Positions 44,858-60,045 of a stretch of 64,000 nt of DNA are shown here, piece after piece. A program made the translations under genes and the position numbers. This DNA is from Chthoniobacter flavus (GTDB lineage: Bacteria > Verrucomicrobiota > Verrucomicrobiia > Chthoniobacterales > JACTMZ01), in contig CAMDUL010000007.1 of NCBI GenBank assembly GCA_945878135.1, positions 31,598 to 95,597 of the forward strand, in the 5' to 3' direction. How positions within the stretch are numbered: the stretch's first letter is position 1; the number at the start of each line of letters is the position of its first letter. Below the pieces are notes generated by a model. The model had not been told where the DNA came from, made no database searches, and worked only from the letters and a program-made list of their open reading frames with translations.

Positions 44858-44886
44858 AAGATGCTTGCCCGCGGGACGATTGTCAA
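44858..44886 (-). promoter_or_regulatory. candidate promoter immediately upstream of gspG
   Basis: The minus strand reads TTGACA (44886..44881), a 17-nt spacer, then CATCTT (44863..44858), then 6 nt to the ATG. This would imply a near-leaderless transcript. The -10 match is weak. Confidence 0.3.
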
Positions 44887-44933
44887 AATCCCTTGCCGTC
44901 CGGACCCCGCAGGCCTCGGGCCGGGACCGCAAT

Positions 44934-46058
44934 TCAGAGCGAACTACCGGTGCCCCAGAACGTCTGCAACTGCTCCGCCGGGCTCGGCGCGCCGGAGACG
45001 GGCGGCAAGGGCAATTCCTCGTCGACCACCGGCTCATCGGCGGGCAAGTCGCTCAGCGGAAGGGAAAGATCGGGCTCGCGCGGAGCCGGGGGGTAAGTCA
45101 TTTCCAGCACCGCTTCGCGGATGCTCGTACGGTTGCTGTAACCGGAGTTGACCGGCGACCGCAACTCGAGAAGGAGGGAATTTTCTCCCGGCAGGAGCAG
45201 GGCGGCCGGGATATGCGCCGTGGCGCGCCGCCAACCGGCGAACTGCGTCTCGCGGCCGGGCAACCCGAGATGACCCGGATCTTCGAGCGTCGGAATCTCG
45301 ACGGACAACGGCCCGACTTCCTGGTCGTTGACCACGAGCCACACTTCCTGGTCGAGATACACGCCGGCCACGGAAGCCTCGAAGCGCGCCATGCTCGGGC
45401 TCTGCTCGAGCGTCGCATCCAGTTGCAACGCGGGCGTGAGTACCTCGGCCCCTTCGGTCAAAGCCGCCCGCACCACGCGGTCGCGCCACTCGTCCTGCAG
45501 GACCGGACGCGGACCCCCATCCACGTCGGCTTCGGCGAGGGTGAGGCGCGAAGCGGTGACCACGACCGGCACGTAGCGCGTAGAGGACGACAGCATCGTG
45601 CGTTCGGCGACCCACTCGAATTTCACGCGGTTCACATTGAGGTTGGCCCCGCCTTGCAGCAGCAGGGAGCCGTTGCCGCCCAGTCGCGAGGCGCTGATGA
45701 GCAACGAACGCTGGTTCGGCGCGCCGATGCCTTCGCCCAGATTTTCCGCCAAGACTTCCGTGGTGCTCTGCCCGTCGCGCTGCCACTCCACGCGCAGACC
45801 GCCACCTGCCGTCTCGTCGAAAACGAGATGCACGAGCAAATCGCGATCGACCGGCGGGGACAGCCGGAAGGCGAGCCGCGAACCGTTGCCCGGCGCGACC
45901 ACGGGCGGTCCGTGCATCCATGCAGGCAAGGCCTGCGCGGCATCGAAAGGAAGGTCCGCGGTGAAAACCATCTGGTCGTCTTGGCCGCGCGCCGCATCCG
46001 CCTGCAGGAAGGCCGCCAGCGCAGCGCAAACAATCGCGAGATGAGCAGTGCGTCTCAT
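44934..46058 (-). CDS. secreted protein of unknown function upstream of gspG
   Basis: 374 aa. Signal peptide MRRTAHLAIVCAALAAFLQADAARG, a beta-rich body and an acidic Pro-rich C-terminus. ATGA overlap with the upstream TPR gene. Confidence 0.55.
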   Translation of the reverse strand: MRRTAHLAIVCAALAAFLQADAARGQDDQMVFTADLPFDAAQALPAWMHGPPVVAPGNGSRLAFRLSPPVDRDLLVHLVFDETAGGGLRVEWQRDGQSTTEVLAENLGEGIGAPNQRSLLISASRLGGNGSLLLQGGANLNVNRVKFEWVAERTMLSSSTRYVPVVVTASRLTLAEADVDGGPRPVLQDEWRDRVVRAALTEGAEVLTPALQLDATLEQSPSMARFEASVAGVYLDQEVWLVVNDQEVGPLSVEIPTLEDPGHLGLPGRETQFAGWRRATAHIPAALLLPGENSLLLELRSPVNSGYSNRTSIREAVLEMTYPPAPREPDLSLPLSDLPADEPVVDEELPLPPVSGAPSPAEQLQTFWGTGSSL

Positions 46059-46945
46059 GGTTGGGGGGCGTCATCTGACGACTCGGGCACTATACCATCG
46101 GGCAGAAAATCCTGAAAGAACGAATCCTGCAGGAGGGCGTCGAAAAGCGATGCCGGTAAACGTCCGCGCACCTCGGCCAGATACTTCCCCGCGGTCTCCC
46201 GGTCACCGTGCAGGAGGGCATCGGCCGCCCCGAAAAAAAGTTGCTCCGGCGGATATATCCCGTTGATCGCCTGCAGTTTGAGCGGAGGAGAGCCGGCCTC
46301 GTGGTTGAGCCGGATCCCGGCCAGCCCGGCTTTCACCGTCGATATGATGATGCTGTCCGTTTTGGAAACCCTCTCCAAAGCACGCCGGTAGGCATCGACG
46401 GCCGGTTCCGGTTGGCCCGCGGCACGGTGGAACTCCGCCTCGACGTAATGCGGCATCGGGCTGAGCGGGTCCCAGTCACGCGACTTTTGCACGGCCCGGA
46501 GCACTTCCTCGCGGGCCGCCTCGACCGCGCCGCCCGCCCGCGCCCGCTCGAGGGCGATCAAACCGGTCAGGGCTTGGGCGCCGCCTGTTTCCTCGTCCTT
46601 CTCGACCGAGCGGCGCGCCGCGGTCTCCGCCGCATCGAAATTCCCCAACTCGAGATGCGTGAGGGCAAACTGGTAGTCCAGCCCGCGCAAAGCGGGATCC
46701 CCGGCGCGCGCCTGCTCGAGGTAACCCAGCGCCTCGCGGAAACGCCCGGCGAAACGCGAAGCCAGCGCCGCTTCGACAAAATCCCGCGCCATCCTCCGCT
46801 TCTCCGGCGCCGCCGCGGCCTCCGGCAGGACCACCGGTTGCTTGGCCGTCTTGGCCGCCACAACATGCCCCGCGAGGAAAGCGAGAACTGCCAGCAACAG
46901 AACCACCATCCCGTAGAGCACCGCGCGCAAAACCTCCAGCCACAT
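46055..46945 (-). CDS. membrane-anchored TPR protein
   Basis: ATG 46945 gives MWLEVLRAVLYGMVVLLLAVLAFLAGHVV (TM anchor), then TPR-like repeats (EALGYLEQARAGDP..., AETAARRSVEKDE..., AVDAYRRALE...). Confidence 0.6.
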   Translation of the reverse strand: MWLEVLRAVLYGMVVLLLAVLAFLAGHVVAAKTAKQPVVLPEAAAAPEKRRMARDFVEAALASRFAGRFREALGYLEQARAGDPALRGLDYQFALTHLELGNFDAAETAARRSVEKDEETGGAQALTGLIALERARAGGAVEAAREEVLRAVQKSRDWDPLSPMPHYVEAEFHRAAGQPEPAVDAYRRALERVSKTDSIIISTVKAGLAGIRLNHEAGSPPLKLQAINGIYPPEQLFFGAADALLHGDRETAGKYLAEVRGRLPASLFDALLQDSFFQDFLPDGIVPESSDDAPQP

Positions 46946-47063
46946 GACCACATGCAAGTGGCGGTTGGCCGTGACGTCAAGTCCACCCGGACGCTTTGGG
47001 ATTGAAGAACCGCCCGTGCCCCGCAACTATTCGGCCCGCGGTTTGCGCCGCCTTTCTTGTTTT

Positions 47064-48200
47064 ATGCCGAGCCTCGATCTCTTCCTTCAGCCCGAGATTT
47101 TCCTCGCCTGGACCTCGGCCCTGAAAACCGTCGTTATCCTGGGCATCGTCCTCACCATGGTGGCCTACTCCGTCTGGGCGGAACGCAAGGTCAGCGCCTT
47201 CATCCAGGATCGCATCGGACCCAACCGTGTGGGCTGGGCCGGGCTCATCCAGCCGATCGCCGACGGCGTGAAGCTCCTCCTCAAGGAAAATTTCGTCCCC
47301 GCCGGGGTGAACAAATTCTATTTCAGCATCGCCCCGAGCCTCGCCATGGTGCCGGCCATCCTTGTTCTCGCCGTCCTGCCCTTCGGCAGCACGCTCTTCG
47401 GCGTTCCCATGGTCATCGCCGACCTCGACATCGGCGTTCTCTGGGTCTTCGCCGTCTCCTCGCTCGGGGTCTACGGCATCGTCCTCGCCGGTTGGGCCTC
47501 GAATTCGAAATACCCTTTCCTCGGCGGCATCCGCTCGAGTTCGCAGATGATTTCTTACGAACTTTCGCTCGGGCTTTCCGTCATCCCCGTCTTCATGATC
47601 ACCGGCACGCTCAATCTCGGTGAAATCGTGCAATACCAGGTGGACAACGGCTGGATGGTCTTCCCCGCGTGGCTCCAGAGCGGGGCCGGTCCGCTCGAAA
47701 TCACCACGGACAGCGGGGCGATGTTCGGTCTCAGCCTCGAGAAATCACTCCTCTGGATCCCCATGATGATTTCATTCGTAGTCTTCATGATCGCCATGTT
47801 TGCCGAAACCAACCGCGTCCCCTTCGACCTGCCCGAGGCGGAGCAGGAACTCGTCGGCGGCTACCACACGGAATATTCGTCGATGCGCTTCGCCCTCTTC
47901 TTCCTCGGCGAATACGCCGCCATGATCGCCGGCGCCGGCTTCATCGTGACCCTCTTCCTCGGCGGCTGGAGCCTGCCCTTCATTCCCGACGGCTCCCAGG
48001 GCTGGGTCTGGGGCCTGATCAACATCGGCGTCTTCTTCGCCAAAGTCGCCGCCATCATCTTCTTCTTCCTCTGGGTGCGCTGGACCCTCCCGCGCTTCCG
48101 CTTCGACCAGTTGATGAAACTCGGGTGGTATGTTTTCTTCGAAGTGGCGCTGGTCAACATCTTCATCACCGCGGGCATCCTCGCTTACCTCAAATCCTGA
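47064..48200 (+). CDS. nuoH: NADH-quinone oxidoreductase subunit H
   Basis: ATG 47064 within ORF 46944..48200. Motifs WAERKVSAFIQDRIGPNRVG, GLIQPIADGVKLL and ETNRVPFDLPEAEQELV. Confidence 0.95.
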   Translation: MPSLDLFLQPEIFLAWTSALKTVVILGIVLTMVAYSVWAERKVSAFIQDRIGPNRVGWAGLIQPIADGVKLLLKENFVPAGVNKFYFSIAPSLAMVPAILVLAVLPFGSTLFGVPMVIADLDIGVLWVFAVSSLGVYGIVLAGWASNSKYPFLGGIRSSSQMISYELSLGLSVIPVFMITGTLNLGEIVQYQVDNGWMVFPAWLQSGAGPLEITTDSGAMFGLSLEKSLLWIPMMISFVVFMIAMFAETNRVPFDLPEAEQELVGGYHTEYSSMRFALFFLGEYAAMIAGAGFIVTLFLGGWSLPFIPDGSQGWVWGLINIGVFFAKVAAIIFFFLWVRWTLPRFRFDQLMKLGWYVFFEVALVNIFITAGILAYLKS

Positions 48201-48201
48201 C

Positions 48202-48732
48202 ATGGCCACCGTCGTCTCACGTCCGAAACTCAGCCTCCTCGAGCGCTCCTACTTTCCCGCCATCCTCGGCGGCCTCTGGATCACCATCAAACACTTCGTC
48301 AAAATGACCTTCGGCCAGACCAAGGTCACCATGCAGTATCCCGAGCAGAAGTGGGACAGCGCCATGCCCGAATGGTATCGCGGCGCGCCGACCCTCGTGC
48401 GCGACGAACACGGACGCGAACGCTGCGTGGCCTGCCAGCTCTGCGAATTCATCTGCCCGCCCCGCGCCATCACGATCAAACCCGGCGAACTCCCCGAAAA
48501 GGACAAATGGGCCAAGGTGGAAAAATACCCCCGGGCCTTCGACATCGACATGATCCGCTGCATCTATTGCGGACTTTGCGAGGAAGTCTGCCCGGAACAG
48601 GCCATCTTCCTCCGCAAAGACTACTCGATCACCGGCCTGACCCGCGCCGAAATGGTCCACGACAAGGAAAAGCTCTACGAACTGGGCGGCGTCATGAACG
48701 GCCTCGTCCACAAGTGGAACGAAAAAAAGTGA
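48202..48732 (+). CDS. nuoI: NADH-quinone oxidoreductase subunit I
   Basis: ATG 48202. Two 4Fe-4S motifs: CVACQLCEFICP and CIYCGLCEEVCP. Confidence 0.95.
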   Translation: MATVVSRPKLSLLERSYFPAILGGLWITIKHFVKMTFGQTKVTMQYPEQKWDSAMPEWYRGAPTLVRDEHGRERCVACQLCEFICPPRAITIKPGELPEKDKWAKVEKYPRAFDIDMIRCIYCGLCEEVCPEQAIFLRKDYSITGLTRAEMVHDKEKLYELGGVMNGLVHKWNEKK

Positions 48733-48816
48733 TCGAAACGGGCCCCGCTCTCTTTTAGCGTCGAGGTTTCCGGCGAAAAAGCGGCGCGCCAGGCGCCCCC
48801 GGGCGCAAACCACCGC

Positions 48817-49320
48817 ATGCTCACCATTCTGTTCTGGGTTTTTTCCGTGCTGATGCTCGCCTCGGCCGCGGCCGTTGTTCTTTTCCGAAACCCGGTCAAC
48901 AGCGCGATGAGCCTCGTTCTCTCCTTCCTCGCCCTCGCCGCGCTCTTCGTCACCCTCGACGCCTACTTCATCGGCATCATCCAGGTCCTCGTCTACGCCG
49001 GCGCCGTCATGGTGCTCTTCCTTTTCATCATCATGCTCCTCGACCTCAAAGCCGAAGCGCGCCGCAAACTCAACATCGCCGCCCTGGCCGGCGGACTCGC
49101 CGTGCTCGGCGGCTTCGTCGTCCTCATCATCCAAGTGGTGAAATCCCTGCCCGGCAGCTCGGATCACTTCCCCGCCCTCGCCCGCACCGGTTACTCCGAT
49201 GTCTACGATGTCGGCATGACCCTCTTCAGCGGTTTCAACCTCCCCTTCCAAATCATCGGCGTCCTCCTCCTCGTCGCCACCGTCGGCGTGGTCATCCTCA
49301 GCCGCCGCAGCCTGCGCTAA
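48817..49320 (+). CDS. nuoJ: NADH-quinone oxidoreductase subunit J
   Basis: 167 aa with five TM helices. The [16 protein letters not shown] motif and position between nuoI and nuoK support the call. Confidence 0.9.
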   Translation: MLTILFWVFSVLMLASAAAVVLFRNPVNSAMSLVLSFLALAALFVTLDAYFIGIIQVLVYAGAVMVLFLFIIMLLDLKAEARRKLNIAALAGGLAVLGGFVVLIIQVVKSLPGSSDHFPALARTGYSDVYDVGMTLFSGFNLPFQIIGVLLLVATVGVVILSRRSLR

Positions 49321-49324
49321 GACC

Positions 49325-49645
49325 ATGCCCACCCTCGGCGATTACCTCCTGGTCAGCGGCCTCCTCTTCTCCATCGGCCTCGCCGGCGTCCTTTTGCGCC
49401 GCAACCTCCTCATCATCTTCATGGGCCTCGAACTCATGCTCAACGCGGCCAACCTCTCTCTCGTCGCCTTCGCCCGCCACGGCGTCACCGCCTTCGGACT
49501 CCCCGACTACAACGCGCAAGTCCTCGTCTTTTTCATCATCACCGTCGCCGCCGCCGAGGTGGCCGTCGGCCTCGCCATCATCGTCGCCCTCTACCGCCTG
49601 CGGCAGACCACGCACGTCGAGGACCTCAACCGGATGAAATTCTGA
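49325..49645 (+). CDS. nuoK: NADH-quinone oxidoreductase subunit K
   Basis: 106 aa with three TM helices. Motifs [12 protein letters not shown] and [11 protein letters not shown]. Confidence 0.93.
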   Translation: MPTLGDYLLVSGLLFSIGLAGVLLRRNLLIIFMGLELMLNAANLSLVAFARHGVTAFGLPDYNAQVLVFFIITVAAAEVAVGLAIIVALYRLRQTTHVEDLNRMKF

Positions 49646-49652
49646 CCCCGCG

Positions 49653-51461
49653 ATGAATCCGCAACTTTATCCCTGGATCATCCTCTTCGCCCCGCTCGTC
49701 GCGGCCGCGTTCGTCCTCTTCGTCCTCCCGCGCCGCAACACCGCCGCCGGCGCTGTCGGCATCCTCACCGCCGCGCTCACCTGCTTCCTCAGCTGGAAAG
49801 TGTTTCTCGATCCCACCCTCGCCGCCACCGCGCAGATCAATTGGATCGAAGTCCCCGGCGTTTTCTCCGTTCCGATCGGGATCCTCCTCGACGACTTGAG
49901 CCGCGTCATGCTCGTCGTCGTCACGACGATTGCCACGCTCGTCTTCGTCTACTCCGCCGGCTACATGCGCGGCGACGAAGGCATCCCGCGCTACTACGCG
50001 TCGCTCAGCCTCTTCCTCTTTTCCATGCTCGGCATCGTCCTGGCCGACAACTTCGTCATGATGTTCATCTTCTGGGAGCTGGTCGGCGTGAGTTCCTACC
50101 TGCTCATCGGACATTACTTCCGCAAGGACTCCGCGGCCGACGCCGCCAAGCAGGCCTTCACCGTCAACCGCGTGGGCGACTTCGGTTTCATGCTCGGCAT
50201 CCTCATGCTCTGGCTGGCCACCGGCTCGATCATGTTCTCCGGCATCGAGGAAAACCTTTCCGCCCTCACCCTGCATCCGGGCTACCTCGTCGCCGCCTGC
50301 CTTCTTGTCTTCTGCGGCACGCTCGGCAAATCCGCGCAAATGCCACTCCACGTCTGGCTGCCCAACTCGATGGAAGGCCCCACGCCGGTTTCCTCCCTCC
50401 TCCATGCCGCCACCATGGTCGCCGCCGGCGTCTACATGCTGGCGCGCATTTTCCCCGTCCTCCTCGCCGCGCCGGACATCGTGCGCGAAGTCATCATGTG
50501 GATCGGCGCCGTCACCTGCTTCGCCGCCGGGCTCATGGCCATCCAACAGGACGACATCAAGCGCATCCTCGCCTACTCCACCATCTCGCAGCTCGGCTAC
50601 ATGGTCGTGGGTATCGCCGTCGGTTCGACGGGCGACGTCGCCATGTTCCACCTCTTCACCCACGCGTTCTTCAAGTGCCTCCTCTTCCTCTGCGCGGGCT
50701 CGATCATCATCGCCCTGCACCACGAGCAGAACATCTGGAAAATGGGCGGACTCCTCACCCGCATGCCGGTCACCGCGTTCTGCATGCTGGCCGGCGGACT
50801 CGCCCTCGCCGGCGTGCCGTTCTTCAGCGGATCGTTCAGCAAGGACAACATCATCGAGTGGGCCTGGATGAACAACCGCACCGGATTCTGGGTCACCGCC
50901 GGTGCCGTCCTCCTCACCGCCCTCTACACCTTCCGCCTTTTGTTTGTTGTCCTGCTCGGCAAACCGCGCGGTGACCACGCCGCCCACGCCAAGGAATCGC
51001 CGCTGGTTATGACACTCCCGCTGGTTATCCTCGCCGTTCCCGCGGTCATCGCCGGCTACCCCTGGTTCATCCAACACTTCTTCGACGTCCCGCACGCCGG
51101 CGCCCCGGCCATCGCCCACAAGATCGTCCTCGGCTTCCTCGCCGCCGGCGCCCTGCTCGCCGCCTTCCTCTATCTGCGCGGACCGGCCAAAGACCCCGTG
51201 CGCATCCCGCTCTTCGCCAACCGTCTCTACATCGACAATTTCTACAACTGGCTCGTTGCCCGCGGACAGGGCGGACTCGCCGTTCTCAGCTCGTGGTTCG
51301 ACCGTTGGATCATTGACGGCCTCCTCGTCACCGGCAGCGCCCGCACAGTGTGGGGCGCCGGCTACCTCCTGCGCCTCCTCCAACTCGGCAACCTCCAAGC
51401 CTACGCCTTCTTTTTCGGCGCCGGCGTCCTCCTTGTCCTCTGCTTCCTCGTCTTCCGCTGA
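49653..51461 (+). CDS. nuoL: NADH-quinone oxidoreductase subunit L
   Basis: 602 aa antiporter-like subunit. Motifs FWELVGVSSYLLIG, GKSAQMPLHVWLP and STISQLGYM. Confidence 0.95.
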   Translation: MNPQLYPWIILFAPLVAAAFVLFVLPRRNTAAGAVGILTAALTCFLSWKVFLDPTLAATAQINWIEVPGVFSVPIGILLDDLSRVMLVVVTTIATLVFVYSAGYMRGDEGIPRYYASLSLFLFSMLGIVLADNFVMMFIFWELVGVSSYLLIGHYFRKDSAADAAKQAFTVNRVGDFGFMLGILMLWLATGSIMFSGIEENLSALTLHPGYLVAACLLVFCGTLGKSAQMPLHVWLPNSMEGPTPVSSLLHAATMVAAGVYMLARIFPVLLAAPDIVREVIMWIGAVTCFAAGLMAIQQDDIKRILAYSTISQLGYMVVGIAVGSTGDVAMFHLFTHAFFKCLLFLCAGSIIIALHHEQNIWKMGGLLTRMPVTAFCMLAGGLALAGVPFFSGSFSKDNIIEWAWMNNRTGFWVTAGAVLLTALYTFRLLFVVLLGKPRGDHAAHAKESPLVMTLPLVILAVPAVIAGYPWFIQHFFDVPHAGAPAIAHKIVLGFLAAGALLAAFLYLRGPAKDPVRIPLFANRLYIDNFYNWLVARGQGGLAVLSSWFDRWIIDGLLVTGSARTVWGAGYLLRLLQLGNLQAYAFFFGAGVLLVLCFLVFR

Positions 51462-52927
51462 TGAGCCCGCTTCTTTCTCTCATCCTCATCCCGCTGGTCA
51501 CCGCCGCGTTCTGCATGGCGGGAGCCGCGCCGCGCCGCATCTCGCTTTTCGGCGCGGGAGCGAACCTCCTCCTCAGCCTCTACCTTCTTGCCTCCTACAA
51601 TCTCGAAATCGGCGGCTTCCAATTCGTCAGCGAAAACACCCTCTTCCCCGCCTACGGCCTCAGCTTCTCGCTCGGGGCCGACGGACTGAGCATGGTCCTC
51701 CTCCTCCTCGCCACGCTCGTCACCTTTGCCGCCATCTGGGTCGCCCCGCCGGTCGAAAAATCCCCCGGCATGTTCTACGCGTGCCTCCTTTTCATCTCCG
51801 CCGGCGCGATCGGCGCCTTCGCCTCGATCGATCTCTTTTTCTTCTACGCCTTCCACGAACTTGCCCTCATCCCGACCTTCCTCCTCATCGGCATCTGGGG
51901 CTCGGGCGAACGCCAGCGCATTGCCTGGAAAGTCACCATCTACCTCGCCTTCGGCAGTTTCATTCTCCTGCTCGGACTCATCGGTCTCTGGCTCGCCGTG
52001 CCTGAAGGACTGCGCACCCTCGACATCCGCCTGCTCCAACAACTCGGCTACGCCGGCATCCTCGCCCCCGGACCGGCCGTTTACCTGCTCATCCTTTTCG
52101 GTTTCGGCATCCTCATCGCTCTTTTCCCCTTCCACACCTGGGCGCCCGAAGCCTACGCATCCGCTCCCGCGTCCGCCGCCATGCTCCATGCCGGCGTGCT
52201 CAAAAAATTCGGACTCTACGGACTCCTCCGCCTCGCCGTCCCCATCTTCCCCGAGGAAATCCAGCAGTTCGCCCACCTCGTCCTCGTCCTTCTCCTCGGC
52301 AACATCCTCTACGTCGGCTTCGTCACCATCGCGCAAAAACGCCTCGACCTCATGCTCGGCTACTCGAGCGTCATGCACATGGGCTACGCGTTCCTCGGCT
52401 TTGTCGCGCTCAACCAACTCGGACTCGGCGGCATGTCGCTCATGATGTTCGCCCACGGACTCACTGTCGCCGCGCTCTTCGCCCTCTGCGGGGAAATCAA
52501 CCGCCGCACCGGCACACTCGAGTTCCGCGAGCTCGGCGGCTTGGGCGGACTCGCCCCGAAACTCGGACTCCTCTTCGGCTTCGCCGCCATGGCCTCGGTC
52601 GGACTCCCCGGCTTCGCCACCTTCGCCGGAGAAATCATGATTTTCTTCGGCGCTTTCGCCCGCGGCACCGTCGGCAGCTTCGACTGGTTCCAAACCGCCA
52701 CCGCCCTCGCCCTCTGGGGCGTGGTCATCTCCGCGGTCTACATGCTGCGTGCCTACCGCAGCATTTTCTGGGGCGCACGCGGATCGGCCGTCAAAGACGA
52801 CACCGATGACATCTCTTCCGGTGTCCGCTGGGCCGTCATCTTGCTCATCGCCGTGCTCCTCCTCACCGGATTCCGTCCCGGTCTCCTTCTTGATTATCTC
52901 AACCCGGTCTTCGCCGCCCTGCCCTGA
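51461..52927 (+). CDS. nuoM: NADH-quinone oxidoreductase subunit M
   Basis: ATG 51461 overlaps the nuoL TGA by 1 nt. Antiporter-like motifs FELALIPTFLLIGIWG and HTWAPEAY. Confidence 0.95.
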   Translation: MSPLLSLILIPLVTAAFCMAGAAPRRISLFGAGANLLLSLYLLASYNLEIGGFQFVSENTLFPAYGLSFSLGADGLSMVLLLLATLVTFAAIWVAPPVEKSPGMFYACLLFISAGAIGAFASIDLFFFYAFHELALIPTFLLIGIWGSGERQRIAWKVTIYLAFGSFILLLGLIGLWLAVPEGLRTLDIRLLQQLGYAGILAPGPAVYLLILFGFGILIALFPFHTWAPEAYASAPASAAMLHAGVLKKFGLYGLLRLAVPIFPEEIQQFAHLVLVLLLGNILYVGFVTIAQKRLDLMLGYSSVMHMGYAFLGFVALNQLGLGGMSLMMFAHGLTVAALFALCGEINRRTGTLEFRELGGLGGLAPKLGLLFGFAAMASVGLPGFATFAGEIMIFFGAFARGTVGSFDWFQTATALALWGVVISAVYMLRAYRSIFWGARGSAVKDDTDDISSGVRWAVILLIAVLLLTGFRPGLLLDYLNPVFAALP

Positions 52928-54378
52928 TGAACCCGCTTTACCTCGAAGTCCTCGTTGTCCTGCTCGGCATCGTCCTGCTCATGGCCGAAGCCTTCGACGG
53001 GGCCAGCGCCAAACGCGGCATCGTCTACGCCGGCATTGCCGGACTCCTCGGCATCCTCGGCGCCACTTTCTTCATCGATCCCGCGGCCATGAACGCCGCC
53101 GCGCCTTACGCGCGATTCTACAGCGCGGACGCTTTGGCCATCTTCCTCAAACAATTCGCCCTCCTCTCGACCATCGTCGTGCTCGTCATGTCGCTCGAGT
53201 ACGCCCCGACCGTCGAGGCGAACATGCCGTCCGAACGCCGCGGCGCCGGACTCGGCGAATTCTACGTCCTCCCCGTCTTCGCCTGCGCCGGGCTCATGTG
53301 GATGGCCTCCGCCGTCGACTTCGTCATGATCTTCGTCTCGCTCGAACTCGTCACCATCACCTTCTACATCCTCGTCTCCTACCTGCGCCGCAGCGAAGCC
53401 AGCCTCGAGTCCGGCACGAAATATCTCGTCCTCGGCGCTCTCTCCACCGGCTTCCTCGTCTACGGCATCACGTGGATCTACGGCGTGACCGGACAATTCA
53501 ACCTCGCTGCCATCGCGGAAAAACTTCCCGCCCTCGACCAAGCCGCCGCGCCCGCCCTCCTCTTCGGCTTCGGACTCATCCTCATCGCCCTCGGCTTCAA
53601 AATCGCCGCCGCTCCGTTCCAATTCTGGGTCCCCGACGTCTACCAAGGTGCGCCCACTCCGGTCACCGCCTTCCTCTCCGTCGCGTCGAAAGCCGCCGGC
53701 TTCATCGTCCTTCTCCGCGTGGTGCAAACCTTCCTCGTTGTCCCCGCCCTGCAGGAAAAAATCCTCCCGCTCCTCGCCGTCATCGCCGGCGCCACCATGA
53801 TCTTCGGCAACCTTGCCGCCCTCCCGCAGTCGAACCTCAAACGCCTCCTCGCCTATTCGAGCATAGGACACGCCGGTTACCTTCTCCTCGGCATCGTCTC
53901 CATCGGCGCCCCCTTCGCCGGCACAGCCGTCCTCTTCTACCTCGCGGCGTATTTGCTCATGACTCTTCTCGCCTTCCTGGTCATGACCATCGTGGGCCGA
54001 GCCACCGGCGGGGATGACATCTCCGATTTCAACGGACTCAACCAACGCTCCCCCCATCTCGCCTTCGCCCTCTTGCTCGCCATGCTCTCCCTCGCCGGCA
54101 TCCCGCTCACCGCCGGCTTCCTCGGCAAATTGTTCATCTTCGAATGCGCCATCGACCAGCAGCATTGGGTCCTCGTCATCATCGGCGTCATCACCGTCGC
54201 CGCCGGCTTCTACTACTATCTCAAAGTGATCCGCGCCATGTATTGGCAACAGCCCGCCGACCCCGACGCCCCCGAAATCGAAATCGGCCCCTTGGCCAAG
54301 ATCACCATCGCCCTCCTCTGCGCCCTGATCATCTGGATCGGCGTCTACCCCGCCCCGCTCCTCTCCCTGCTGCCTTGA
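52927..54378 (+). CDS. nuoN: NADH-quinone oxidoreductase subunit N
   Basis: 483 aa antiporter-like subunit. Motifs LELVTITFYILV, APFQFWVPDVYQGAPTPVTAFL and YSSIGHAGY. Confidence 0.93.
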   Translation: MNPLYLEVLVVLLGIVLLMAEAFDGASAKRGIVYAGIAGLLGILGATFFIDPAAMNAAAPYARFYSADALAIFLKQFALLSTIVVLVMSLEYAPTVEANMPSERRGAGLGEFYVLPVFACAGLMWMASAVDFVMIFVSLELVTITFYILVSYLRRSEASLESGTKYLVLGALSTGFLVYGITWIYGVTGQFNLAAIAEKLPALDQAAAPALLFGFGLILIALGFKIAAAPFQFWVPDVYQGAPTPVTAFLSVASKAAGFIVLLRVVQTFLVVPALQEKILPLLAVIAGATMIFGNLAALPQSNLKRLLAYSSIGHAGYLLLGIVSIGAPFAGTAVLFYLAAYLLMTLLAFLVMTIVGRATGGDDISDFNGLNQRSPHLAFALLLAMLSLAGIPLTAGFLGKLFIFECAIDQQHWVLVIIGVITVAAGFYYYLKVIRAMYWQQPADPDAPEIEIGPLAKITIALLCALIIWIGVYPAPLLSLLP

Positions 54379-54508
54379 GGCGCCCGCCTCCATCCGCCCT
54401 TCCTTTGTCCGGTTGGGAACACGCGATTTGCCGCGTTGCCTGACGCGCCATTTGCCCTATTCTGCACGGTTCGCCGGCGATAACCCGACCCGCCGGCGAT
54501 TTCCCGGC

Positions 54509-60012
<5,504 letters not shown>

Positions 60013-60016
<4 letters not shown>

Positions 60017-60036
60017 CGGCGGTCTATGACCGCCGG
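60013..60036. repeat. solo arm of the REP-like element
   Basis: GTAGCGGCGGTCTATGACCGCCGG has 1 mismatch to the arm at 63284. Its TAG (60014..60016) is the stop codon of the UvrA fusion. Confidence 0.65.
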
Positions 60037-60045
60037 CAAACTGTC

